From Eledone cirrhosa (lineage: Eukaryota): a DNA stretch of 64,000 nucleotides. The stretch is taken from positions 198,028,001 to 198,092,000 of the forward strand of contig OZ024743.1 in the NCBI GenBank assembly GCA_964016885.1. The letters run 5' to 3'. Shown here piece after piece: positions 53,965 through 64,000 of the stretch (positions within the stretch are counted from its first letter, which is position 1; each line of letters starts with the position of its first letter). The notes beneath the pieces were generated by a model that worked only from the letters and a program-made list of their open reading frames with translations, did no database searches and was not told the origin of the DNA. Position numbers and translations under genes: made by a program.

Positions 53965-56817
53965 TCAGATATTCAGGACGTATCGGAGGGTTCTTGCCGT
54001 TCCAAGCAAGCATGCCTTTTGAAGCGTTCCAAAAAGCGTGAAGGGGCCGATTTTCTTTAACCATCCCTGGAAACCTTTGGAGATAGTCCCCAGTGCGCCT
54101 ATGACAATCGGGATCACTTTGACTTCATGGCAGTTCCAAATCCTTTTCACCTCCCACTTTAGGTCCTGGTATCGGTTAATTTTCTCCCTCTCATTCTCTT
54201 GCACTCTCGTGTCGAACGGGCAGGCCACATCCACAATCAGGCACGATCTTTTTTCTTTGTCCACAACCACCAGGTCAGGTCTATTGTGTTCCAGTTTTTT
54301 GTCCGTCTGTATCCTAAAATCCCACAGCACCTTCACCTGACTGTTCTCCATCACCGCCTCTGGCCTATGCTCATACCATTTCTCAGAATGTGGTAGATTG
54401 TTTACTTTGCACAGGTGCCAGTGGATCACCCTGCCCATCACATCGTGTCTCCAGCCCTTATAGTGGGTCTGGGCTAGGTGTTTACACTCGGACACAATGT
54501 GAGCCACAATCTCCTCTCTCTCTCCACAGATCCTGCACAGTGGGCTAGCCTCCTCCTTGTAGATATGGTGCTTCAACCACTTCGTTTTGAGGGCCTGCTC
54601 CTGCGCAGCCATTAGCATTCCTTCTGTAGCCTTTTTGAGGTCTCCTCTTCTCAACCAGTTCCATGTCTGTGGATCTCTAAATTCAGTTTTCTCAAAGAAG
54701 GTACTATGAAGGGATTTTCCCTTAAGGCTGCTCTTCCTCCTTGATGTTATTTCCTCCTTGGGTATCCCCTGGCCTACTGTCCCCTCCTTCAGTACAGCTC
54801 TGAGCATTGGCTCCTTACTATAGGTCACGTATTTGTATAGGTTGTTTTTCTCCATCTGAACACAGTCCTCTATGCTGATAAGACCTCTTCCACCCTCAGA
54901 TCTCCTTAGGTAGAGTCTATCGACATCACTCCTCTTGTGGAACATGTTGTAGATAGTCAATAGCTTCCTAGTCTTCCTATCCATTTCTTTTTGTTCAGCA
55001 ACATTCCATCTCAGAATTCCCGCACTGTACCTAATAATAGACACAGCTCGGGAATTTACTGCGCTTATGGCATTTCTGCTGTTCAGATGTGACTTCAATA
55101 CGCTCCTTACTCTCCGAATGTATTCAGTTCTTAACAATTCCTTCATTTTTTTGTTCTTTATGCCATCAGCCTCCAGAACGCCCAAATACTTGTATCCTTC
55201 CTCAGAGTCAATTTCCTTTATCATCTCACCTGTTGGTATCTGGATCCCGTTACTTCTGCTCAACCTACCCCTCCTCATCACAATGACTCCACATTTACCA
55301 ATACCAAACTGCATACATATATCACTGCTGAAAATACGGACAGTGTCAACAAGCACATCCAACTCCTTCTCACTTTTCCCGAAGAGCTTAAGATCGTCCA
55401 TGAAGAGGAGGTGATTGATGGTAAGCTCTCCCCTTCCCAACTTGTATCCTGCTCTCACTTTTCGCAGCATAATGGTCAAGGGCATCAGGGCAAGGACAAA
55501 CAACAGAGGGGACAGGCTATCTCCCTGGAAGATACCTCTCTTGATCTTCACGCTTCCCAAGGATACTCCAGTTGATGTCAACTCTGTCTCCCAGGACCCC
55601 ATACTCCTGCCCAGCAACTGTCTGATGTTATCTGCCACCCTGAAGATCTCCAGGCTTTTGGTGATCCAGGAATGAGGCACCATGTCAAATGCCTTTCTGT
55701 AGTCTATCCATCCCATGGCAAGATCAGTGTGTCTCCTCCTGCAATTCCCCATTACCATATTATCAATAAGCAACTGGTCCTTTGTACCACGTGACTTCTT
55801 TCGGCATACTTTTTGTTCGTCCGGCAACAAGTTGTTTGTGTGGAGGTGATGGTAGATTTCCTCAGACACAATGCTCGTCAACAGTTTCCACATTACGGGC
55901 AGACATGTGATAGGTCTATAGTTGGTAACATCATTACCCTTGATTCGGTCTTTCATTATCAGAACTGTGGTACCTTTTGTCAACCACTCTGGCACCTCAC
56001 CCGACACCAAGCAGTCATTGAACATGGCCGTCAGCTTCGGGTGGAGGGATGTTAAATGTTTAATCCAATACCCCTGCACACCATCTGGGCCTGGTGATTT
56101 CCAGTTGGTTAGTTTTTTGGCTTGCCCCTTAAGAGTTTCAACTGTGATACTCAAATCAGTCTGTTGCTGTGCCTGCTCACCGATCTCCCTCTGTACTGTC
56201 TCAATCCACCCTGCCTGGGCATTGTGTCTAACATCCTGCTCCCATATTCCTCTCCAGAATGTTTTAGCTTGTTCCGCCCCAGGGATCAAGTCGTTGCCTC
56301 TTTCTTTCCCCTCAAGCTGTCCAAACAGCATCTTCCGGTTGTTGTCGAACATGCGGTTCTGTTTATACTGACTGACTCTGTTCTCGTATCGCCTGATTTT
56401 GGCACTCTTTGCTACAATGCGTTGCTTCAATTCCTCTATGATAATATTTAGCTTTTTACTCCTAGTTTTGTATTTTATTTCCAGTCTATTTTTAGTGCCT
56501 ATGTTTTTTAGTGTCCCATTCAGTAGTGACTCAAGCTTTCCTATGTCATTTCTCATTTCCCCGATTTGCCCACTCAGTCGCTTCTTCCACCACGGCTCTG
56601 CTCTTTCTTGTCTGTTGTTTCCTCTCGCTTTTATACCAAGTAGTTTCCTCACCGTATTTGCTGTTGCTTTGAGGATATTGTTGCACTGGTGAAGGCTCCT
56701 CGCCTCAAGGTATGGGATGACTTTGTTTACCTTAGCTGTTGTTTCTTTTAACTTTTTCCTGTCTACAAATCTTAGGTTCATAGGTCTCCCACTATCATTG
56801 TTCAATTCATCTACCAC
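53965..56817 (-). CDS. R4/Dong-like RT-RLE polyprotein, copy 2 (truncated, mosaic of copies 1 and 3)
   Basis: 950-aa ORF offset by exactly 3056 bp from copy 1. Confidence 0.92.
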   Translation of the reverse strand: MVDELNNDSGRPMNLRFVDRKKLKETTAKVNKVIPYLEARSLHQCNNILKATANTVRKLLGIKARGNNRQERAEPWWKKRLSGQIGEMRNDIGKLESLLNGTLKNIGTKNRLEIKYKTRSKKLNIIIEELKQRIVAKSAKIRRYENRVSQYKQNRMFDNNRKMLFGQLEGKERGNDLIPGAEQAKTFWRGIWEQDVRHNAQAGWIETVQREIGEQAQQQTDLSITVETLKGQAKKLTNWKSPGPDGVQGYWIKHLTSLHPKLTAMFNDCLVSGEVPEWLTKGTTVLIMKDRIKGNDVTNYRPITCLPVMWKLLTSIVSEEIYHHLHTNNLLPDEQKVCRKKSRGTKDQLLIDNMVMGNCRRRHTDLAMGWIDYRKAFDMVPHSWITKSLEIFRVADNIRQLLGRSMGSWETELTSTGVSLGSVKIKRGIFQGDSLSPLLFVLALMPLTIMLRKVRAGYKLGRGELTINHLLFMDDLKLFGKSEKELDVLVDTVRIFSSDICMQFGIGKCGVIVMRRGRLSRSNGIQIPTGEMIKEIDSEEGYKYLGVLEADGIKNKKMKELLRTEYIRRVRSVLKSHLNSRNAISAVNSRAVSIIRYSAGILRWNVAEQKEMDRKTRKLLTIYNMFHKRSDVDRLYLRRSEGGRGLISIEDCVQMEKNNLYKYVTYSKEPMLRAVLKEGTVGQGIPKEEITSRRKSSLKGKSLHSTFFEKTEFRDPQTWNWLRRGDLKKATEGMLMAAQEQALKTKWLKHHIYKEEASPLCRICGEREEIVAHIVSECKHLAQTHYKGWRHDVMGRVIHWHLCKVNNLPHSEKWYEHRPEAVMENSQVKVLWDFRIQTDKKLEHNRPDLVVVDKEKRSCLIVDVACPFDTRVQENEREKINRYQDLKWEVKRIWNCHEVKVIPIVIGALGTISKGFQGWLKKIGPFTLFGTLQKACLLGTARTLRYVLNI

Positions 56818-56833
56818 TAAATTTAGGATGTCA

Positions 56834-56904
56834 ACCGTCCTGTATTGTCCTGTACTGTCCTTAATGTCTACTTTATGTGAACCCTTGTGGTTAATAAAGA
56901 AAAC
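56834..56904 (+). mobile_element. ~70-bp Tx1 3'-terminal stub, junction 2
   Basis: Identical by eye to 53778-53848. Confidence 0.9.
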
Positions 56905-57020
56905 TTTATTATTATTATTATTATTATTATTATTGTTATTGTTATTCCTTGAATCTCAGTCATTGATGTTGGTTAACTGGAAAGTCCGTTGGATTGAATA
57001 TCAAGCCACTACCTGCAGCC

Positions 57021-60000
57021 TCAGATATTCAGGACGTATCGGAGGGTTCTTGCCGTTCCAAGCAAGCATGCCTTTTGAAGCGTTCCAAAAAGCGTGAAGG
57101 GGCCGATTTTCTTTAACCATCCCTGGAAACCTTTGGAGATAGTCCCCAGTGCGCCTATGACAATCGGGATCACTTTGACTTCATGGCAGTTCCAAATCCT
57201 TTTCACCTCCCACTTTAGGTCCTGGTATCGGTTAATTTTCTCCCTCTCATTCTCTTGCACTCTCGTGTCGAACGGGCAGGCCACATCCACAATCAGGCAC
57301 GATCTTTTTTCTTTGTCCACAACCACCAGGTCAGGTCTATTGTGTTCCAGTTTTTTGTCCGTCTGTATCCTAAAATCCCACAGCACCTTCACCTGACTGT
57401 TCTCCATCACCGCCTCTGGCCTATGCTCATACCATTTCTCAGAATGTGGTAGATTGTTTACTTTGCACAGGTGCCAGTGGATCACCCTGCCCATCACATC
57501 GTGTCTCCAGCCCTTATAGTGGGTCTGGGCTAGGTGTTTACACTCGGACACAATGTGAGCCACAATCTCCTCTCTCTCTCCACAGATCCTGCACAGTGGG
57601 CTAGCCTCCTCCTTGTAGATATGGTGCTTCAACCACTTCGTTTTGAGGGCCTGCTCCTGCGCAGCCATTAGCATTCCTTCTGTAGCCTTTTTGAGGTCTC
57701 CTCTTCTCAACCAGTTCCATGTCTGTGGATCTCTAAATTCAGTTTTCTCAAAGAAGGTACTATGAAGGGATTTTCCCTTAAGGCTGCTCTTCCTCCTTGA
57801 TGTTATTTCCTCCTTGGGTATCCCCTGGCCTACTGTCCCCTCCTTCAGTACAGCTCTGAGCATTGGCTCCTTACTATAGGTCACGTATTTGTATAGGTTG
57901 TTTTTCTCCATCTGAACACAGTCCTCTATGCTGATAAGACCTCTTCCACCCTCAGATCTCCTTAGGTAGAGTCTATCGACATCACTCCTCTTGTGGAACA
58001 TGTTGTAGATAGTCAATAGCTTCCTAGTCTTCCTATCCATTTCTTTTTGTTCAGCAACATTCCATCTCAGAATTCCCGCACTGTACCTAATAATAGACAC
58101 AGCTCGGGAATTTACTGCGCTTATGGCATTTCTGCTGTTCAGATGTGACTTCAATACGCTCCTTACTCTCCGAATGTATTCAGTTCTTAACAATTCCTTC
58201 ATTTTTTTGTTCTTTATGCCATCAGCCTCCAGAACGCCCAAATACTTGTATCCTTCCTCAGAGTCAATTTCCTTTATCATCTCACCTGTTGGTATCTGGA
58301 TCCCGTTACTTCTGCTCAACCTACCCCTCCTCATCACAATGACTCCACATTTACCAATACCAAACTGCATACATATATCACTGCTGAAAATACGGACAGT
58401 GTCAACAAGCACATCCAACTCCTTCTCACTTTTCCCGAAGAGCTTAAGATCGTCCATGAAGAGGAGGTGATTGATGGTAAGCTCTCCCCTTCCCAACTTG
58501 TATCCTGCTCTCACTTTTCGCAGCATAATGGTCAAGGGCATCAGGGCAAGGACAAACAACAGAGGGGACAGGCTATCTCCCTGGAAGATACCTCTCTTGA
58601 TCTTCACGCTTCCCAAGGATACTCCAGTTGATGTCAACTCTGTCTCCCAGGACCCCATACTCCTGCCCAGCAACTGTCTGATGTTATCTGCCACCCTGAA
58701 GATCTCCAGGCTTTTGGTGATCCAGGAATGAGGCACCATGTCAAATGCCTTTCTGTAGTCTATCCATCCCATGGCAAGATCAGTGTGTCTCCTCCTGCAA
58801 TTCCCCATTACCATCTTATCAATAAGCAACTGGTCCTTTGTACCACGTGACTTCTTTCGGCATACTTTTTGTTCGTCCGGCAACAAGTTGTTTGTGTGGA
58901 GGTGATGGTAGATTTCCTCAGACACAATGCTCGTCAACAGTTTCCACATTACGGGCAGACATGTGATAGGTCTATAGTTGGTAACATCATTACCCTTGAT
59001 TCGGTCTTTCATTATCAGAACTGTGGTACCTTTTGTCAACCACTCTGGCACCTCACCCGACACCAAGCAGTCATTGAACATGGCCGTCAGCTTCGGGTGG
59101 AGGGATGTTAAATGTTTAATCCAATACCCCTGCACACCATCTGGGCCTGGTGATTTCCAGTTGGTTAGTTTTTTGGCTTGCCCCTTAAGAGTTTCAACTG
59201 TGATACTCAAATCAGTCTGTTGCTGTGCCTGCTCACCGATCTCCCTCTGTACTGTCTCAATCCACCCTGCCTGGGCATTGTGTCTAACATCCTGCTCCCA
59301 TATTCCTCTCCAGAATGTTTTAGCTTGTTCCGCCCCAGGGATCAAGTCGGTGCCTCTTTCTTTCCCCTCAAGCTGTCCAAACAGCATCTTCTGGTTGTTG
59401 TCGAACATGCGGTTCTGTTTATACTGACTGACTCTGTTCTCGTATCGCCTGATTTTGGCACTCTTTGCTACAATGCGTTGCTTCAATTCCTCTATGATAA
59501 TATTTAGCTTTTTACTCCTAGTTTTGTATTTTATTTCCAGTCTATTTTTAGTGCCTATGTTTTTTAGTGTCCCATTCAGTAGTGACTCAAGCTTTCCTAT
59601 GTCATTTCTCATTTCCCCGATTTGCCCACTCAGTCGCTTCTTCCACCACGGCTCTCCTCTTTCTTGTCTGTTGTTTCCTCTCGCTTTTATGCCAAGTAGT
59701 TTCCTCACCGTATTTGCTGTTGCTTTGAGGATATTGTTGCACTGGTGAAGACTCCTCGCCTCAAGGTATAGGATGACTTTGTTTACCTTAGCTGTTGTTT
59801 CTTTTAACTTTTTCCTGTCTACAAATCTTAGGTTCATAGGTCTCCCACTATCATTGTTCAACTCATCTACCACTAAATTTAGGATGTCAACCGAATCTTG
59901 TCCTAGCCCGTCAGCATTCATCTCCTCAGTGGCCATATCTCTGTTCCAGGTATTATTTATCTCAGTATTCAGATCATTGTCTGCTTCGGGTGGTTCCTCC

Positions 60001-60413
60001 GCTCTCAGGACCTCCTCACCTTCATTTCCCGCCGGCTCGCTTGTCTGGCATACTACACCCGCCATCTCCAAGCCATTCTCTCTGCTCAGTTCCTCCAGTT
60101 CCAGCTCGCTTATCCACCCATTAGTTCTTATTACCCGAGCCTGCCCGGCCAAATTTTGTTCATCTAATTTAAATAAACCAATCTCGTTCCAGATGTTATG
60201 CATCCGTCTCCTGTAGCCCCTCTCCTTGGGGTTACTTTTCAGGTAGCATTGCATAACAGTTCTATTCAATTCTTTCGTCCAGTTGGTTCTGGCCCCTTTC
60301 CTTCTTCTTCTTCCTCCAACATCAGCAGTATTTGGTTGACAGTCAGGTTCCTGCTGCTGAGCCAGGGGGCACCTGTTGGGTGAGAGTCTGTCACATGACG
60401 TTCTAGTCTCCAT
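57021..60413 (-). CDS. Full-length R4/Dong-like non-LTR retrotransposon ORF (N-terminal domain, RT, CCHC, RLE), copy 3
   Basis: 1130-aa ATG-initiated ORF; N-terminal WTKELN..MQCY..RGYRRRMHNIW..EQNLAGQARVIRTNGW..LELEEL as in the R4 clade; ~80-nt 3' UTR and (TAA)n tail. Confidence 0.95.
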   Translation of the reverse strand: METRTSCDRLSPNRCPLAQQQEPDCQPNTADVGGRRRRKGARTNWTKELNRTVMQCYLKSNPKERGYRRRMHNIWNEIGLFKLDEQNLAGQARVIRTNGWISELELEELSRENGLEMAGVVCQTSEPAGNEGEEVLRAEEPPEADNDLNTEINNTWNRDMATEEMNADGLGQDSVDILNLVVDELNNDSGRPMNLRFVDRKKLKETTAKVNKVILYLEARSLHQCNNILKATANTVRKLLGIKARGNNRQERGEPWWKKRLSGQIGEMRNDIGKLESLLNGTLKNIGTKNRLEIKYKTRSKKLNIIIEELKQRIVAKSAKIRRYENRVSQYKQNRMFDNNQKMLFGQLEGKERGTDLIPGAEQAKTFWRGIWEQDVRHNAQAGWIETVQREIGEQAQQQTDLSITVETLKGQAKKLTNWKSPGPDGVQGYWIKHLTSLHPKLTAMFNDCLVSGEVPEWLTKGTTVLIMKDRIKGNDVTNYRPITCLPVMWKLLTSIVSEEIYHHLHTNNLLPDEQKVCRKKSRGTKDQLLIDKMVMGNCRRRHTDLAMGWIDYRKAFDMVPHSWITKSLEIFRVADNIRQLLGRSMGSWETELTSTGVSLGSVKIKRGIFQGDSLSPLLFVLALMPLTIMLRKVRAGYKLGRGELTINHLLFMDDLKLFGKSEKELDVLVDTVRIFSSDICMQFGIGKCGVIVMRRGRLSRSNGIQIPTGEMIKEIDSEEGYKYLGVLEADGIKNKKMKELLRTEYIRRVRSVLKSHLNSRNAISAVNSRAVSIIRYSAGILRWNVAEQKEMDRKTRKLLTIYNMFHKRSDVDRLYLRRSEGGRGLISIEDCVQMEKNNLYKYVTYSKEPMLRAVLKEGTVGQGIPKEEITSRRKSSLKGKSLHSTFFEKTEFRDPQTWNWLRRGDLKKATEGMLMAAQEQALKTKWLKHHIYKEEASPLCRICGEREEIVAHIVSECKHLAQTHYKGWRHDVMGRVIHWHLCKVNNLPHSEKWYEHRPEAVMENSQVKVLWDFRIQTDKKLEHNRPDLVVVDKEKRSCLIVDVACPFDTRVQENEREKINRYQDLKWEVKRIWNCHEVKVIPIVIGALGTISKGFQGWLKKIGPFTLFGTLQKACLLGTARTLRYVLNI

Positions 60414-60982
60414 TTCACCGTTATTCGAACTGTTTATGTTCGATATTTAAACACTCTTATCGAGGATTGGCGAATGTATGTTTACATAGCCATCTGTGGA
60501 TCCGCCATCCCACTTGGCCCTTGTGTGGCATTATCACCACGCTGTATACGGACACACATAAACAAACAAACACACGGGCAGAAAGGGCCCCAAAAATGAA
60601 TAAGCATAAGTTTCATTGTAATGTAGTATTCGAATGTCTGACTTAGTTTTTGTTTTTTAAGTTTTACTTTTTCCCCCCTCTTCTCTGTCCGTCCGCCTGC
60701 TTCTCTCTTCATTCTTATTTTCTTTACGTTTTTGGGGTTTCTTTTTTTGTTTTTGTTTTTCTCTGTTTTTCTCGTTTTTTACTGTTGTTGCTGTGCTGCT
60801 TTTGTTGTTTGTTTTTTCTTTTTTCTTTTGAGTCTATCTATATATTTTGATGCCTTCCTCTTTGTTAGTAGTAGGAATTCTATAATGTGGAAGTGGTAGC
60901 CAGCAGAGACTAGCGGCGTTGGCGATACTGAGACAGTGGTGGCGGTGATGTCGATACCGAGGCAGTGGTGGCGGTGATGCGA

Positions 60983-61639
60983 CCGTATTACTGTAGTGAT
61001 GGTGCTGTAGCGGTGGCAGCAGCAGTGAAGGAGTCACGGGGTGGTGGCGGCGGTGATGGGATAGTGGTGGTAATGATGGCCGTAGTGAGCGGTGGCGGTG
61101 AAGGTGAAAATGAAAATGCTGTTGTGTTTAGTGTACACAGATGATGGGGTGGGTGGTGTATCTAGTTTCTGGTGTTGGTGAGTTTCGCTGTCCTATATAG
61201 TGTAGCCAGAGGAGAGGAGGGGGGGTTCTTCTTCTTCCATTTATAGCCATTTTATTATTTTTTTTTTTTGGGGATATACAGTGTACAATACAAAGTTGAA
61301 TATTTGAATATTTGAGCCGTATTACTGTAGTGATGGTGCTGTAGCGGTGGCAGCAGCAGTGAAGGAGTCAAGGGGTGGTGGCGGCGGTGATGGGATAGTG
61401 GTGGTAATGATGGCCGTAGTGAGCGGTGGCGGTGAAGGTGAAAATGCTGTTGTGTTTAGTGTACACAGATGATGGGGTGGGCGGTGTATCTAGTTTCTGG
61501 TGTTGGTGAGTTTAGCTGTCCTATATAGTGTAGCCAGAGGAGAGGAGGGGGGGGGGGGGTTCTTCTTCTTCCATTTATAGCCATTTTTTTTTGGATATAC
61601 AGTGTACAATACAAAGTTGAATATTTGAATATTTGAGCC
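60983..61639 (+). repeat. Two-copy tandem duplication (~335-bp unit)
   Basis: CCGTATTACTGTAGTGATGGTGCTGTAGCGG starts at ~60983 and ~61317; collinear to GAATATTTGAGCC. Confidence 0.9.
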
Positions 61640-61804
61640 TTATAACAATATATTTTGGGTCCGAATTTTTTGGGGCTCAAGCCGGGTGCTTTACGTAGCA
61701 TTTGTACTAAGAGTTGTTATTTCACAAATGATTTAAATATGTTAAAAATTCAAAACTTACGGGAGCGATTTCATGACCTCCGTCACCTCGTGCGTCTTCT
61801 TCCC

Positions 61805-61887
<83 letters not shown>

Positions 61888-62669
61888 GTTGGGTGGTCGA
61901 CTGGCAGTCGACTGAGAGCATCGGACATCATCCTTAATAGCATAGCGTTACGACCATTTAAGATCTGTGTTCAAATTCCACCGAGGTCGGGATTCTACAT
62001 CTCTTTCTCTCCATATAGATAAATAGATACATTTTGATATATGTACTTCTGCTCTTAACAGTGACTTTTAGTAGAGCTGCTTCAATTTAGATCAAACGCC
62101 CTCTACTTCTAGCAGCGTTGGTCCCCCTGTATCCTTATATTGTAACGACCTCACCATGTGCGTTCATAGTTTCTTTTGAATCTATGATGGATGGTCGTTT
62201 CTAATGCGTTTATTAAAACTAATTTCTACTAAGGATGCGTTGGTTGATGCACTTCTATGTTTCCTGGCACAGAAAAAGGTGCAACGTGTCTTTCGGCTAG
62301 CACAGCAAGGTATATTAACAAATAATAATAATAATTTCTTTGGTATTTGAGAGCACAGATTACGGTACCAGCGAAGTTTGAAAATGGTAACAATGGAAAG
62401 TAGGGATTTTGAATAAAGTTTCCCGAACCAAGTATAAGAAGAGAGCAATAAACATACCCTGTCAGAGTTGAAGTCATGTAGTGAGGGAAAGAATAAGTTA
62501 GATCAGAAATTTGGGCATGCATCAGCATGTAGAGAGGAGAAAATAGGAAGAGAAAAGTAAGAAAACAGAAAGAGTGAAAACGGAGTAAGCTGAGAGAAAA
62601 ATCGAGAGTTTCTGCGCTGGTAAAGAAACAGTTAATCAAAGAAAGAGCCAGTAGCGTTTCAGTAAAAAT

Positions 62670-62945
62670 TGTTTCTACTTTTGGCACAAGGCCAGCAATT
62701 ATCCCAGTGCATTACTGGTGCTTTATTTTATCGACCCCGTAATGATGAAAGGCAAAAGTTTATCATTACGGTGTCGATAAAATAAAGCACTAGTAATACA
62801 CTGTGATAATTGCTGGCCTTGTGCCAAAAGTAGAAACATGTAATAATTGTTTCTACTTTAGGCACAAGGCCAGCAATTACCCAGTGCATTACTGGTACTT
62901 TATTTCATCGACCCCGTAAGGATGAAAGGCAAAGTCAACCTCGGT
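62670..62945. mobile_element. SINE 3' halves forming a ~170-bp hairpin (62670-62838) plus a further minus copy
   Basis: 62670-62747 is a near-perfect reverse complement of 62762-62838. Confidence 0.88.
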
Positions 62946-63876
62946 TGTAATAATACATAGCAAAATTAAACGAGGAAAAGAATGAAGCACGCGAGTCGAA
63001 TGAACGAAAAGCAGCTAACTTTCTCGTCACTTCACTCTAAACAATACAATTTCGTGTAAAAGAGTGGGATTTCTTCCTATTGTGCTCAGGTTGCACGGCA
63101 GCTCGATCAAGCCACCGGACAGATGTATGCAAGACAACAAAATACCATAGGAACAACGAAAAACAAAGGAGTACAAATCTAAAACGGTACACAACTGGGG
63201 ACAGTACAGGATACTGTGGAGTGGAGTTATCATTTTTGATAAGTTTAATATGAATATGAAAATAGGTTTAATATAAAAATTATCAAATTAAAATGTTAGT
63301 TATAGGAAATCGCTGAAAATTCAGTGTGAGGGAGGGAGAGGAAGAAGAAGAAGAAGAAGAAGAAGAAGAAGAAGAAGAAGAAGAACAACAACAACAACAA
63401 CAACAACAACAACTGTTAAAATTGATCCATATGAAACCGTAATTCTGGCGCTTATTTATTTACGAAAGTGTACAACAGAGAGGCCGCAAAATGGCGAGGT
63501 GTAAGTAATGGGCAAACTCAGTAGGTGGGCGTGGCTAAATGCATTATTTGACATTAGAAGACAAAATCAGGAGTTGGTAGGAGAAGTAGTGTTTCCGTAT
63601 TTAGCGAGATTTGCTGAAATAATTAGTCAGTTGTATATTTCAAACGACGACTTAAAGCCTGAATTGATTTTCCAGATTTAGATGGGAGGAAATAATATAA
63701 TTTCAAGTAACAATACGCTCAATTTGTCTGAAACAATTTACAGCCAGGATCAGTGTTCCGTGGTTTTATTGAAACTAGGCTCTCTTTCTAACAGCAGTTG
63801 GTCAATGAACAGGACAACGATAGAAGATTATAAAATGGGCAACACACGCACTCACACACACACACACACACACACA

Positions 63877-63926
<50 letters not shown>

Positions 63927-64000
63927 CTCTCTCTCTCTCTCACGCACATACACATACAAGCATATATATATATATATATATGTAAATATATATATATACA

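Noticed and set aside
50982-60383. Recurrent plus-strand ORFs inside the array
   Set aside because: They are antisense shadows of the R4/Dong ORF, repeated with the array and without recognisable motifs.
60490-60540. Twister ribozyme in the R4/Dong leader
   Set aside because: A TAA followed by a short stem is present, but the conserved L4 and pseudoknot residues are not.
62229-62687. 152-aa hydrophobic minus-strand ORF
   Set aside because: It begins in a SINE and reflects purine strand bias; at most an unassignable old LINE relic.

Overview
Eukaryotic, AT-rich, microsatellite-dense DNA ((TA)n, (CA)n, (TATG)n, (TTA)n) with no confidently identifiable host gene. The abundant tRNA-derived SINE resembles, from memory, the Octopus OK-type SINE, so an octopod cephalopod is likely (inference). 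Mobile elements dominate: SINE clusters, Penelope-like elements (PLEs) with inverted terminal segments and hammerhead ribozyme motifs, an internally deleted Helitron, an RTE LINE with three C-terminal C2H2-like fingers, a CRE-like fragment, R4/Dong-like fragments embedded in (TATG)n, and small MITEs. The most notable locus is 46.6-60.5 kb. There a SINE (TTA)n tail is followed by a Tx1/L1-clade LINE (+), which meets tail-to-tail a 3056-bp-period triple array of an R4/Dong-like RLE retrotransposon (-) with uninterrupted ORFs. The copies are joined by ~70-bp Tx1 3' stubs at an ACCG microhomology, and the middle copy is a mosaic of the outer two. The SINE and the Tx1 LINE share a CCTTGTG-N8-AGAAA-N3-(TTA)n 3' end, which suggests a SINE-LINE partnership centred on (TTA)n.
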